A stretch of DNA of 64,000 bases from Eledone cirrhosa (Eukaryota), in assembly GCA_964016885.1 (NCBI GenBank), contig OZ024743.1, forward strand, positions 291,524,001 through 291,588,000, in the 5' to 3' direction. The notes under the pieces are model-generated. The model was given only the letters and a program-made list of their open reading frames with translations, was not told where the DNA came from and searched no databases. The translations under genes and the position numbers were made by a program. Positions 25,741 through 40,790 of the stretch are shown in pieces. Each line of letters opens with the position of its first letter. The stretch's first letter is position 1.

Positions 25741-26591
25741 CAGGTACACATATATATATATACGTATCAGTTTAGCGGACGTTTATTATAACGTCCGCTT
25801 TGTCCGTTTGTAAACAAACGGACAGCCTTATTTATGCCGTACGGTGTTAAGGCAAGCACGTCACCTTTTTGTTCAACACTGACACAGGAACGATGTACTA
25901 GTTTCAAGCTTCTTAGCTATCATCAGCACCGTATACCCTTCTGCCAGATGGTTGAACGTTTGAAAGTATATACTTTCCTTATGAAAATTAACGGCTGAGC
26001 AGCCTAATTTGCATATCGAGTGAGTTCAGTCGGCCAGGCGTACCGAGAACGATAAGTTGTAATGGAATGAAACGAAATTTCATTTCTCACTCTTAGTACG
26101 GCACTTACTTAAATGTAAGTATGTATGTATACGTACTTACATATATGTATACAGACGTACAGTAGCATGTATATATATATTTATACATACAGGTACACAT
26201 ATATATATGTACGTATCAGTTTAGCGGACGTTTATTATAACGCCCGCTTGTCCGTTTGTAAACAAACGGACAGCCTGATTTATGTCGTACGGTGTTAAGG
26301 CAATCACGTCACCTTTTTGTTCAACACTGACACAGGAACGATGTACTAGTTTCAAGCTTCTTAGCTATCATCAGTACCGTATACGCTTCTGCCAGACGGT
26401 TGAACGTTCGAAAGTATATACTTTCCTTATGAAAATTAACGGCTGAGCAGCCTAATTTGCATATCGAGTGAGTTCAGTCGGCCAGGCGTACCGAAAATGA
26501 TAAGTTGTAATGGAATGAAACGAAATTTCATTTCTCACTCTTAAGTAAGTGCCGTACTAAGAGTGAGAAATGAAATTTCGTTTCATTCCAT

Positions 26592-26595
<4 letters not shown>
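25254..26595 (-). repeat. Short array (~3 units) of a diverged subfamily of the 462-bp HHR repeat, ending in a ~50-bp inversion
   Basis: HHRs at 25408-25450, 25890-25932 and 26338-26380 (minus), with an octamer in each unit. 26543-26595 is the inverted family 3' end, running into (TA)n. Confidence 0.9.
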
Positions 26596-26677
<82 letters not shown>

Positions 26678-26685
26678 CATATATG

Positions 26686-26767
<82 letters not shown>

Positions 26768-27605
26768 CATATATGTATTAACTAACAGAATAGAGCGATC
26801 GTTATACTGTAACCATCGCTTAAAATCTACATTTTCATATTATAAATACTACCAGGATTGAACGCCTGTCTCTATCCCCGTTTGATTGTCAAAATAGATA
26901 TTAACATTCTTTATTAGTCTTAATTCTATCAACTCTTCTATTATTTACCTTTTAATACAAACTGCTATAGATAAAATGAGATTTCTGATTTCTTGATTCA
27001 ATTCCCTAATGCATATACCAGCTGGCTACTAACATTGATGTTATTTAGTAGCAATCGAAATCTCCCCCTTCCCCAATTGACACTTTATAATTAATACCTC
27101 TGCACCAAATGACCAGCCCTGTCCACTGTCCAGTTGGTCAAGTAGAGATTAAAATTGGCACACCCAAAATTCTTATTTAGATTTACTCATGGTATTCTCA
27201 TTAGAAACCCATTATATACTTGTTTAGCAGTAAATTAATTTACCATCTGTCATATACTATCCCCTCTGTTCCTTCCTCTTTTACTAATATAAATACTTCA
27301 ATTTTTCTGATTTTATCCAATTTATCCAAAATCTCTGAAGAAGTGACAACTGATTATACATTTGCTATCGAATACTTGCTAACATTATATGATTACGCAA
27401 GCAGCGATACATAGGTATTCGGTCTGTTACAGAAACATATGTCAATACCTAATAAATTCCTTTTTTAACAAAAGCACTTTCATTTTATATTCATCCTTTT
27501 CTACATTTTCTCCGGAATATAATTTATACTCGTTGAGCAAACCTGCACGTACGCTGTTCATCTCTAAAGTAACGATATAGTATCACTACATTATTGATAA
27601 CCTGA

Positions 27606-27650
<45 letters not shown>

Positions 27651-27653
27651 CAT

Positions 27654-28064
27654 TGGGAGAGATGACCCCTTAGCCTTTGTCAGGGCAGAATTCTAGGAGA
27701 AGGAAAACTCTGATATAACACCTGCAACCCTGATGGTGTCCAATGATGTTGACTTGTTCTTCTTTTTGGTAAATATCATCTTGGTTAAGAGAGTGGAACT
27801 GGCTTTGTGCAGTGCCTTTGCTCACTATAAAAGCTTCACGGCACAGGCATTGCTTTATATCTGGAGATCTCTCTTCACTTGTCGTCACATGGTACCATGG
27901 GTCCAGCACTATGTGTCAATAATTGTCACAAGTGTAGTGTTTGTACCAGAGTTTTCAAGACGCTGGCTGGACTAAAATGTCACACTCGTTCAGTGCATCG
28001 GTAGGGGTTCTCCTACATGGATATAAAGTAGTGGCCGTACTCGAAAACGAGTTGGCAGCCACCA
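27654..28064 (+). mobile_element. Bipartite RTE-derived element, copy 3 (5'-truncated)
   Basis: Reverse complement of 9785-10190. 27933-28004 encodes CSVCTRVFKTLAGLKCHTRSVHR*. Confidence 0.75.
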
Positions 28065-28782
28065 TATATACATATATATATATATACATCCATATATATA
28101 TGAGTGTGCGTGTGTGTGTCTGGATGTTTTTGTGTATACAAAGAGAGATTTCTAAAGTTAACCCATTGTGTAAAGAGATAATATTGACCTCCCTCCATAT
28201 ATATGTGTGTGTGTGTGTGAGTGAGAGAGATAGCTAGTGTGTGTGTGTGCGTGTGTGTGTGCATGTGCGCAATAACATACATTGAAAGTTATATAGGCAG
28301 ACGCACAAATGTATATACTGACAATCATATCATATGTGTACCTACTTTGAAAGCAAATTCGACTTCAATTATGAAGTTAGGATTAACGGCTCATAACGAA
28401 ACTATATAATATTAATGTATTAGTTGAAGAGGAAATCAAGATGAATGAGAATAGCAGAAAAGATGAGGTGCATATAGTGCTTCTTGAATATAATTCCTTG
28501 AAATTTCCTGTCAATTTAGAAATTAATTTCAGAAGAAATGGGAGGCCAAGAACCGTTAAAATAGAAAAGGGCATTTCAAATCGCAATCACTATGTTGCCA
28601 TATTAAAACTAAATTTAAGTGAAACTGTTTTGGATCAAATAATTATATCCAGCAACGATATTGTTTCTACCACAATTATTTATTTATAAATTAAGAGATA
28701 TTAAACGATGAATTCACCAACATATATACATACCTTTATACGACAAGCTTACAAACACATAATATATATATATATATGTATG

Positions 28783-28817
<35 letters not shown>

Positions 28818-28850
28818 GTATGTATATATATATATATATGTATATGCATA

Positions 28851-28939
<89 letters not shown>

Positions 28940-29621
28940 GTATATAAATATATATATATATATATGTAAATAGGGAGAAAAAGACACGATCATTAGGAAG
29001 AAAAATATTTTTTTCTTTTTATTTTTTCTCTTTGTTCTTGGTTAGAAAATGTTTAAAGCAGAATATTTTACTGTGTGTGAAGTGTTAAGGTATTAGTTAA
29101 TTTATATATATATATATATATTTATATACAGAGAGACTGAGAGGGGGAGAGCGGGAAAGAAAGAGAGAGAGAGTATGTGTGTAACCAAAGTTTCATACAT
29201 TTAACATGTGCAACCAATGGTTTGGGGGTCAAGTCGTGTAATGGAGGAAGCACTTTTAAACCGGTCAATCATTCAGGTATATGGACGAAAATATGAAAAG
29301 GGAAGTTGATGTCTCTAGTCTGAATCTTACTCCTAATGGTAGCTATGTATATTCGATGTATTGGAAATAGATGCCTTGTGAAACCTGTTTGCATACGAAC
29401 TTATCAAATATTCGTGCTTATCAAAATGTCATAGAGTCAACATAACTTTTCTTGGAATGGTATAGTCCCTAACCTCTGAGGGAGTCGTAGGGGCGTTATA
29501 TTGATGTACGTTTCTAGGGTATTTTAAGCCTGAAAACAGCAGATTTCTTTCAGAGAAGGAAAATAGAGTGAATGAATGAAAGTGAGAAAGTGATAAAGAG
29601 GAATAATCTACACTTCTACAT

Positions 29622-29722
29622 GTTTTATCGACCTCGAATGCTTGACAAACAAAGTTGACGTCGGCGGGATTCGAACACAGAGTTCAGAGAGTTGAAAAGA
29701 ATACCACCAACGTTCTAACAAC
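29622..29722 (-). mobile_element. Decayed SINE head
   Basis: TTTTATCGACC...AAAGTTGAC...GGCGGGATTCGAAC...GCCAATTCGCCGCCTT. Confidence 0.6.
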
Positions 29723-30016
29723 TCAGCCAATTCGCCGCCTTTAGTTACTGAACGTTATCCTTTTAGTGTTTATCGCGGATATTATGTCTGAATTGCTAGG
29801 GTTTATATATTATTGCACTTCTACTATAATTTATGAGCGTGTAAGGTAACATCTATTTGTAGTAAATCGAGTCTGATCAGCTAATTTTGACAAGAATGGA
29901 ATATTACAGCTATTGTAACGAAACCGTCGTAAATAATTTAAATTAATCAATTAATCCTTGTTAGTCTTTATTCTATTTATATATTATACACCCATATAAA
30001 CATAATATATATATGA

Positions 30017-30079
<63 letters not shown>

Positions 30080-31328
30080 GAATTAGTATATCTACTAACA
30101 TATATATACAGATGCATACCTATGCCAGCAAATATATAGGTTGTGTCTTAGTAACTTTGTGGTTCAATGCATGGGGATGCAGAACAATAATATGAGAGAC
30201 GCAAAATAAGAAAATTATAAAAGTTAACTTACTTACTAAAATTTCACTCCAACTAATTAGTTTCTGAAAGGGAATAAACATAGTTTCCGAAGAAACGTAC
30301 GGAGAAGCCTTTCGTCATCAGGGAAGTCTATTCTCAGCTAGGTTTCCAGGCAATACGTGGACACAGGGAACTTATACAAAAATAATTCAGTGGATGGAAA
30401 AAAGCAAAGCGTGGACTAAGTTCCAAGACATTGAGAAAATCACTACCTACTAATTCGGTGGCAAATTCAAAAGAATCAATCACGTGAAATCGAGGTCAAT
30501 CAATGAAGAGTGGTTTGTTAAGAAGACAGCAGCCGGACTGTTACTATGAACTATAGTAGCAGTTTTGGCCAATTTTGGCTCGACAAAGTAATTTGGAGAT
30601 AATTATAAAGAATTAGTATATCTACTAACATATATATACAGATACATACCTATGCCAGCAAATATATAGGTTTTGTCTTAGTAACTTTGTGGTTCAATGC
30701 ATGGGGATGCAGAACAATAATATGAAAGACGCAAAATGAGAAAATTATAAAAATTAACTTACTTACTTAAATTTCACTCCAACTAATTAGATTCTGAAAG
30801 GGAATAAACATAGTTTCCGAAGAAACGTACGGAGAAGCCTTTCGTCATCAAGGAAGTCTATTCTCAGCTAAGTTTCCAGGCAATACGTGGACACAGGGAA
30901 CTTATACAAAAATAATTCAGTGGATGGAAAAAAGAAAAGCGTGGACTAAATTATTTTGTCGAGCCAAAATTGGCCAAAACTGCTCCTATAGTTCATAGTA
31001 ACAGTCCGGCTGCTGTCTTCTTAACAAACCACTCTTCACTGATTGACCTCGATGTCACGTCATTGATTCTTTTGAATTTGCCACCAACGCGGTAGGCAGT
31101 GATTTGTTCAATGGCTTGGAACTTAGTCCACGCTTTGCTTTTTTCCATCCACTGAATTATTTTTGTATAAGTTCCCTGTGTCCACGTATTGCATGGAAAC
31201 TTAGCTGAGAATAGTCTTCCCTGATGATGAAAGGCTTCTTCGTTCGTTTCTTCGGAAACTATGTTTATTCCCTTTCAGAAACTAATTAGTTGGAGTGAAA
31301 TTTTAGTAAGTAAGTTAATTTTTATAAT
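30080..31328. repeat. ~530-bp tandem repeat (about 1.6 copies) followed by a ~375-bp inverted copy, TA-flanked
   Basis: GAATTAGTATATCTACTAAC recurs at 30080 and 30610. 30953-31328 is the reverse complement of ~30195-30592. Confidence 0.85.
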
Positions 31329-31342
31329 TTTCTCATTTTACG

Positions 31343-31538
<196 letters not shown>

Positions 31539-31599
31539 TATATATATATATATATAATGGAAAAAAGTAAGTTAATTTTTATAATTTTCTTATTTTACG

Positions 31600-31656
<57 letters not shown>

Positions 31657-31787
31657 GGAGGTGAGTTTTATTGTAGTACAATAAAGCAATGCAGATATCG
31701 GATAAGAAGTATACTCCAGTCCTACAGTTTGTAGGACTGGAGTATACATAATATAAGATCAAAAGATGGTTAAAGGAGTTCCATGTA

Positions 31788-31854
31788 TTTCATTATGCGC
31801 ATTTCAAAAACAAACATCATCATGCAATAATATTTGTGTTTTCATCAGATAAAA
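31788..31854 (-). ncRNA. Type I hammerhead (left arm of the fold-back)
   Basis: TTTTAT-CTGATGA-long stem II-GAAA-TGCGCA-TA-ATGAAA. Confidence 0.8.
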
Positions 31855-31970
31855 CAGGAGAACATGATATGAAGGCTAAAAAACACTTGTGGATAGTACA
31901 GTTTGATATATGTTGATTTAAAACTGCACTATCCACAAGTGTTTTTTAGCCTTCATATCATGTTCTCCTG

Positions 31971-32037
31971 TTTTATCTGATGAAAACACAAATATTATTG
32001 CATGATGATGTTTGTTTTTGAAATGCGCATAATAAAA
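31971..32037 (+). ncRNA. Type I hammerhead (right arm of the fold-back)
   Basis: TTTTAT-CTGATGA-AAACACAAATATTATT GCAT GATGATGTTTGTTTTT-GAAA-TGCGCA-TA-ATAAAA: 6-bp stem I, palindrome ATGCGCAT, AUA site. Confidence 0.85.
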
Positions 32038-32069
32038 TACATGGAACTCCTTTAACCATCTTTTGATCT

Positions 32070-32101
<32 letters not shown>

Positions 32102-32102
<1 letters not shown>

Positions 32103-32224
32103 ATGGAAAAAATGAAATTTCATTTCTCACTCTTAGTACGGCTGATACTTAAATATAAGTATGTATACGTACATACATATATGTATACAGACGTACAGTA
32201 GTATGTACATACATACATACATCT

Positions 32225-32268
<44 letters not shown>

Positions 32269-32672
32269 ATTAAGCTGTACACTGTTCGGCAACCATTATT
32301 TCCCTTTTGTTCAATACTGACAACTAACTCACTCGATATGCAAATTTGGCTGCTCAGCCGTTAATGTGCATAACGAAAGTATCTACTTTCAAACGTCCAA
32401 TCGATTGACAGGAAGGTATACACTGCTGATGACAGCTAAAAAGCTAGAAACTAGTTCATTGTTCTTTTGTCAGTGTTGAACAAAAGGGCAACGATGGTTG
32501 CCGAACACTGTACGGCTTAATTCGGGCTGTTTGTTTACAAACAAACCGAACATTATAATAAATTTTCGGTAAATCCATACGTATATATATATATATGGGT
32601 GCATGTATGTATGTATATACATACTTCTGTACGTCGGTATACATCTATGTTTATAAGTATACATACTTATAT
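32102..32672. mobile_element. Dispersed, internally inverted copy of the 462-bp HHR family, with an HHR at 32420-32462 (+)
   Basis: 32102-32322 is in array orientation. The inverted part contains the octamer and ACACTG-CTGATGA-CAGC TAAAAA GCTA-GAAA-CTAG-TT-CATTGT. Confidence 0.85.
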
Positions 32673-32676
32673 TTAT

Positions 32677-33465
32677 GGCTCGTCTATCGGTCGCTGTCTT
32701 CAATTTTAAAAGCTGACTAAACGTAATGCAATAACTCTAAGGTAATGTACCTTATTGAGTACTTACTGCGCACCCCGACTGCATTCGTTAGCTTGGCTGC
32801 AACCAGAGCTTCGATGATGCTGTATTATTATCTCCTAGAATTAACAATTAATTGATTAATTTAATTAGACAATTATATTGATTGGTTAATTGTTTATGTT
32901 TGTTTAATAACTTCTAGTTGAATGCCTTATTCGCTTTGTGTAAAGGAATGTATTCCTTTGTTCAAAATTTGAATTTGACCGCCCAAACCGAAGGTTACCT
33001 CTCTTCGGGAAAACGATGTGCCTACCAGCAACGTTTACTGCTATCTAATCACAACCGGGCGGACTTAGAAGGAACCCTTTTTGACGAAGTAAATTCCACT
33101 CTTCTATCTTCCAAAACCAATAACTTGAAGGCCCCTGCAAATGGATTTTGTCGATTTCGGATTTACAGAAAACTAGCGGAGATAGTATATGTTATACGTG
33201 ATGTATATTATATATTATATGTTATATATTATGTGTTATATGTGGTATCGACGCGATGATCCAGGTTTGTCAGATTTTCCTGAGTTCAGTTTTTTTCGTC
33301 GCTTTGGTGACTGCGGCTCGTCTATCGGTCGCTGTCTTCAATTTGCAAAGCTGTCTAAAAGTAATGTTATAACTCTAAGGTAATATACCTTATTGAGTGC
33401 TTAGCTGCACACCCAGACTGCATTCGTTAGCTTGGCTGCAACCAGAGCTTCGATGATGCTGTATT
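32677..33465. repeat. ~150-bp direct terminal duplication with a ~638-bp period; body loosely related to 41130-41700
   Basis: GGCTCGTCTATCGGTCGCTGTCTTCAATTT...CTTCGATGATGCTGTATTA occurs at 32677 and ~33315. Confidence 0.7.
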
Positions 33466-33533
<68 letters not shown>

Positions 33534-33541
33534 TATATATA

Positions 33542-33586
<45 letters not shown>

Positions 33587-34478
33587 ATATATATTAAATG
33601 AATGATGCTTTCGAGTGACCATAGCTGTACAGACAGCTCGTTAGTAGAGTCATCTGTGTTTACCTTTCTTCAATTACGTAGACACATTTTACATATAAAA
33701 CAGAAAGACATCACTAATTTATTTCACCTTGGGTGCTTGAATGAGCCCCTAATCTATAACTTTCCCTAATACCGAGGGCAGCCACACCATTATGAACCCA
33801 CGCAATATTATTTCACAAAGTGGGAGAAACAATTAGATAACCTAACACATCGTGGTTAATCGAAAAGACCGGACACTTGTAGTTTGATTGCCTTGAAATA
33901 TGTATTTATTCCATTATATTCAGCCGAGGGCTAGTGAAAATGCACATGGATGAATATGTTATTAAATCTCCGAAATTAATTAACAATATAATAGACAAAC
34001 ATACATGCACGGATATCTAAATCTACCTAGATGTATACATACTTGAAAACTAATATATTTCTGTGCGAATATATTGCTTTGTCAGTGTGGGGAAAATGGT
34101 TTGTGTTTGAGCATATGGAGTAACTAGATGTAATTTGAATGAAATAACTATATCAAACCATATAGACTTTACTGCAAAATAAATTTAGTAAAGTTGACAA
34201 ATTGTTTTATATTCTTGACTATTTTGCTTTTCTTCGGGAATTGATTGAATTGAATTGAAACATTTCTTTATCTAGAGAATATACTCGAGTTGATAAAATG
34301 TCTATCATTATTATTATATTTTTAAAATTATTATTTGCATTATGTATACACATAAAAAACAATGTGTGTATATGTGTATAGATATTACATATATATATAT
34401 ATATAGCAGAATGTGTGTATTTAAATCTCTCTCACAGCCACTTTTTTCTCTCACTCTCTCAGACTCCCGCTCTTTCTC

Positions 34479-34959
<481 letters not shown>

Positions 34960-35385
34960 GTGTGTTATTTTCGATATTCATTGCCACTTTACTCCAATGA
35001 GAATGCATATTCTGTAAGTGAATGCATATGTAATTCCACACATGGTCATATGCAGTTATTCGTTTTCTGCTTTTCTCCTTCCTTCTTACTAATCATTGAT
35101 ATTACGATAGAATGAATCAGTAGGGAAAAGAAAAGACAAAATCCTTATTGAATATGTTCGATGAAAATTTGTTTGGTCACGCGGAACATGATTACTAAAT
35201 TAGATTCAAGCGTTAGTGGCAAAAACATTGCAAAATTCTATATGGTGTGTTTGTATATGGAGTAAGCATATGGATTCCAAAGAACCCTTTGAATACAAGT
35301 AGTTATATATCGGTATACATATATATGTGTGTAGGTGTGTGTGTTTCTGTGTGCATGTATATATATATATATATATGTGTATATA

Positions 35386-35481
<96 letters not shown>

Positions 35482-36561
35482 AATCTCTATATATATATAT
35501 AGATACACACACATACACACACAAATATATATGTATATATATATATACATACATTCATTCATACATTCAAAAATATATACATATATATCCATACATTTAT
35601 ATATATCTGTGTTTGTTTGTATAAATACGTAAATTTCATATATTATATGCATTAGTATGTAGGTGTGTGTAGCGATTTTTTATTGTATCAATGTTTTTAC
35701 TTATGTACGTACGTATGTATGTGCTTGCGGATACATGAATGTATGTAAATATGTAATTACGCATATATGTTTACATGTTTTTTTGTTTTTTTTTATATAC
35801 GCACTTACGTATGTATGTGTGTACGTACATTCTTATTCTTGACAAATGACATAATACAACGAGAAATATACAATACGAATATCTCGGATTTGGGAGAAAA
35901 TAATGAACACTTATAGAACACCGTGGTGATATTTTGATTATTTTGTCTCATTTTCTTTTCACGTTTATAATATTTATTCTGTTTCTAAAAGTATTGTATT
36001 TTTCTTTTTTTTTCGATGTATTTTTTTATCTTGTTAAGTATGAAGAAAACCTAGAATTTCTTCATTCGAATAGCTCTATATTTTTCAAGTCATCCATAAA
36101 CAACGTTTCTACAGTTTCGCACACAATTGAAAATAAGAATTCAATAAGTTAACTATCAAGAATGTAAGATTGCGATTGCAAAGATACGGGAACGATGACG
36201 GATTGTTGATCAACGTTTCGTACATTTGGCAATGCCCTTTGGTCCCAGTTTTGAATCACTTACCCGATAGGTTGCTCATTCTACGTGCTGACAAAAAGAA
36301 TAAAAGATAGACAGCGAAATTTCATCAACAGAAGGCCACGCACCTTGAATGATAGGTGTTGAATGGACCCCCAAATCACAATAGCAACATCAACAACAAT
36401 TACGATTATAGTATTGATGATGACTATTACTTTATTATTGTCACTTGGGCATCAAATGTGCATACGCTACAAGAAGAGGTTACAAAACATTATGACGTCT
36501 TTATATGCTGAAATGTAATTAGTAAGAAGACACATTTGAAAACGAATGTTTCCAGCGAAAA

Positions 36562-36750
36562 TAATTATTTCTACTTTGGCACAAGGCCAGCAAATACCCC
36601 ATACATTACTGGTACTTTATTTTATCGACCCCGTAAGGATGAAAGGCAAAGTTAACCTCGGCGGGATTTGAACTCAGACCGTAAAGCGGCGGAACTATGC
36701 TAGAAAGCATGGCGACCAACCCTCTACCGATACTGCCAATTCACCGCCTT
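36562..36750 (-). mobile_element. SINE, same family as 5125-5318
   Basis: TTTCTACTTTGGCACAAGGCCAGC...TTTATCGACCCCGTAAGG...GGGATTTGAACTCAG...TGCCAATTCACCGCC. Confidence 0.8.
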
Positions 36751-36769
36751 TTTCCACAGAAAATAATAT

Positions 36770-38050
36770 TAGGTAGCCTGCAGAATTACACATGTTTTAA
36801 AGAACTAGTAGCCTCTCCCAACCTACTTTCCCGGTCCTATTATTACAAGGAGAATGTTATTTCCGATCATGTCCGCCCATTGACATACTTTCCATCAACT
36901 ATTTTGTAGCTACTTACTCTACACATTTTAACTTGAAAAATTCAATTGGGGATCCTACATTGTTATCAAACTTTCTTTAACAGATTAGTTAGTTAAGGTT
37001 CCATGAATCCTTCATGATATGTATATTCTTCCTACCACTAATCACCTACAGAATGCTAGTTTGAAAGCCTCCAAGATGAGAGGCCCATAATGTTTGTACA
37101 CACTTGACGCAGCACTAGATCATACACGAATATAGGTCTGGTATATAACAGTGTATGATAAGGAGCAACTACGACCTCTCACGCAAAGTATATGTGCTGT
37201 TTTTTTAACTTTGGTACATGTAAGCATATGAAGACTTATGTAATTTCGAGAATTCTACGCTGAGGAACTGGCAGTAGATAAACCTTTTCAGGAAGCGCAT
37301 GGGTGGATGATTTAGCTTGTGTTATCATGCTTTGGCTTAGAGCAAAATGGTGACACCACAATATATAAAGAAGGCAAATAATAGGTTGACTCCCTAAAAT
37401 TCACTATTTAATGATAGCTCCTTCATTCTGTGACTGGGTAAGGTATGCTGCCTTGCTAGTTGCGTAGATTGCATTGCCACCCCTCTAGAGATACCTTCTA
37501 AAGAAACTCCTATCAAGTGATAGGTTCATCACTGTTATGAGCAAGAATAAAAGATTTGTAGAACGCATTTTTTCCAAGCGTGACAATCAAGCAGATAATT
37601 ATATGCGGTAAATCTGTAGACCTGTGCCATTTAACCTTCATTAACATTTTTCAATGTAGAGGAAAGCGTATCTATGTTTGGCTTCTCGTGATGGCACGAA
37701 ATCATTCGAATAAATCCACAGCTTTTGAGAGGGCAAAGAAAGGGACCTGAATATCTGATTTATTCGACTCATACTTCCGATTAAAGGATATGGAGTTCAA
37801 ATACTATGTCACTACTTCCTAGAGAAACACATTCTCCTATTGAAAACATTTGATCACTATTCGTAACTATTTTTTAACACGGATAGATTTTGTGCAGCAT
37901 AGATGTAAACCTGCTCTTGATAATTATATCTGGAATGGTCCACCTTGATTTTCATGTTAGTCTGGAGATGATACACTTAATTCCTGCGATCAAATATAAT
38001 ATACCAGGTTTTGTATTGTAATCTCCGTGTTCAGGTTAAAGTGTCACCCA
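36770..38050 (-). mobile_element. Possible very old CR1/Jockey-group LINE remnant
   Basis: Only faint motif echoes on minus, such as YTV...TRPIFVY near 37110-37160 resembling RPILEY. No ORF. Confidence 0.3.
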
Positions 38051-38179
38051 TGGTCAGGATCATCATTATTATTGTTATCATTATTCTTGAATTAAGCCAT
38101 TTGGGATGAAGAAAGAATGGGAAAGGCCACAACAAAAAACTAAGGTAATAGGCTTTCCTACTTTTACTTATTTCAAGTA

Positions 38180-40790
38180 ATACACATAGTCTAGGATCGG
38201 CTTGGAAGCAAGGTCACTTACTCAACGACCTCAGGTCGCTGAACATAGATGTGGTGACAATTAGCGAGACCAGAATTTCTAACGCACGAATCTTTGCAAC
38301 CCTCTTCGGCGGCTACGAGGTGTACGCATCTCCAAGTCTTCCCGGATCTGGGGGTGGAGTGGCTGTGCTATTTCGGAAAGGCATCGATATTTGAATACGC
38401 ACCATCTTTATGCAGAAGGTAAGATGTTGGTGGTAGGCGTGACCATCAGCGAAGTCTCTGCTTTCAGGCTAGAGGCTGACTATACCCCAACAGCGGCAGG
38501 ACAGCCCAATTTCTTCAGATAACTTGAGAACTTTCTAGGAATGTCCCGTTATTTAGAGTTGTTGGGGGACTGGAACGGTATCTTTTATACACACTGGGAT
38601 TATGTGGGACTAACAGATAGGTTAAGAGGGTGTACAATCCTCACAAATCTACTAAGACGCTTCTAACTGTCGGACAGGTACCGACTAGATTTCCTGAATG
38701 AGCAAATATGGACGTGGACAAATCGCATCAGGTCATCCAGATCATATTTAGAAAGGGTAATCTGTAGGGAAATAAATAAGTATAGTATAGGGTGTCTACG
38801 ATTCAAAGTAGTCGATTACACAGACCAACATTTGTATTCTGTGTGGTTAATCAGGGACCTGGTAACTGGAAGCTAAACACGTCATTTCCGGAGCGCAAAT
38901 ACTATACAGACCGGAGCAGTATATTAGCTATGCGAGCGTTGATTTCAGCAATCATCAACAAATGGTGGTTCACCCTAAAAAGGGCTATCAGAGGAGAATC
39001 GATAACGTTTAGTAAGGCTGAAATGATGCAGAAAACTAAAGTAGAGGAAGATCCAGATTGAAAAGTTGAAGAGGGACTTACGCAAGACATCACAACCAAC
39101 ATGCTCGCGGTGAGATTGGCCGTGGACCAATTCTTCAATGGTAAGCACGAAAACTACATTGTTAAATCTAAGGCACGAGCTCTAAGAAACGAGGGAACGA
39201 AAGCTCTTCGATAGACTCGAGTGACAGAGGAACAACGTGGTAACAAAACCACAATTAGGTCTTTGGCGGACCTAGGCGGAAGGGAGCAAAATGTTTCCAA
39301 GCAGATGTGTGAGCGCTTTCGGATGCAATTTGCTCGGGGGTACTCGTAGGTTGGAGAGTGTGGCGGACATCAGTCTGTACCTCCACAGCCTATCACGTAT
39401 CTCGATAGCCGATGCTGGGCGCTGTGATAGGCCGATAATTTCGACAGAGATTCGGGATGCCCTAGTCGGCGAAATTCACAAAGTTTGGATGGTCAGCCCT
39501 ACGAGCTTTACATAAATATTCTAGACCTTTCCTCCAATCTTCTCAAAGCCCTCTAATGCAACTGGCAGAGACGGGGCTTAGTGACGCTGATGAAGAAGAA
39601 CGAGAACAGGATGTACACATTAGATAACGTCAAGCCCATAACTCTGCTCAGCACAGAGTTTAAGATTCGGGCCAATATGTTAGCGAATAGATTGGTGCTT
39701 TTCGTCGAGGATCTGTTAGGGGACGCGCAAATGTGTGCAGTCCCGCGCAGCTTCTTACACGACAATCTCCATCTCATGCGATATATAATAGAGAGGTTAG
39801 GGTGTAAACCTGTCTCCGGTGGGGCTCTGATCAATTTAGATCAATCGAAATCCTTCGATAGGGTCGACCAATGATACTTCGATTCTGTCCTCAAGGCAGT
39901 TAGTTTCAGTCCTGTCTTCAGAGGCTGGGTTGCTGCAATGCACAGAGGTACCTGCTCGGTGGGCAAAGTTAGTGGCCACCTTTCGGAACCGTTTCAGATC
40001 TCCGGATCGGTCCGTCAAGGGTGACCTCTTTCCTGCCTTCTGTATGTCTTGAATCTCTAGCCTTTACTGCGGACGCTTGAGTTGTTGCAGGGCAGCTCAC
40101 TCGAACCGGGACGTGGAATGGCTGTGTCGGCATACGCGGACGACATCACCGTGATTTTGTCGAATACTTTGGAAATCGAGGTTGGCCACCCACACATGGA
40201 GGAATAGGAAAATTTGACGGGAGCGAAACTAAAACCAGAAAAGTCTGTGGACTTGCAGATATTGCACATGGAGAGGCAAGCACATTCCATATAACAACGT
40301 TGACGGGCGTTAGACGGACGGACAGGAGAAGTTGCTCTGGATTTCGTTCGGACCAGACATCCAGGTGGTTAAACATTGGGATGAGGTGATGATCAGGGTA
40401 GCCATTCTCACCCAGAAATGGGCCGAAAGGAAGCTTTCTATGAAAGGTCGGGCAGAGGTGGCGAACACGTACATCGCATCCGTCATCTACTACCATCTGT
40501 CCCTCGTTCCTTGCCCACGTCGCGCCTCGGCAAAATGGAGCGGGTTATCTTCAAGTTGTTGTCGAGGGCTGGGCATGCTGTGGCTAATGATTTTCAAACA
40601 TGCGCAATAGCTGCGGCATCTCCAGATCTTCCATCTAATTGGTGAACAGGTGTGGTTGCCATTTTTGAGACGGGCATTTCCGCAGCTCGTTTCGTTGACT
40701 GAGCTGCAGTCCAGAGTCAAGAAGAGACGAAACTGGGCGCATGGCATCTGGAATGTTGCCAGGCACTCTCTACACTCTACTATAAAAGTG
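38180..40790 (+). mobile_element. L1/Tx1-group LINE ORF2 (APE endonuclease + RT), heavily decayed
   Basis: LNDLRSLNIDVVTISET, GDWN, WTWTN...SRSYL, WKLNTS, KPITLLSTEFKI, LDQSKSFDRVD, SVRQG*PLS, AYADDI, W..RKLSMKGR. Confidence 0.85.

Larger units (their letters stand above)
31708..32078. repeat. 40-bp hairpin followed by a fold-back with ~155-bp arms
   Basis: GTATACTCCAGTCCTACA/TGTAGGACTGGAGTATAC, then ATAATATAAGATCAAAAGATGG...GTGGATAGT mirrored at ~31928-32078. Confidence 0.85.

Noticed and set aside
26800-27600. Possible ancient LINE RT remnant
   Set aside because: No readable RT motif; too degraded to support.
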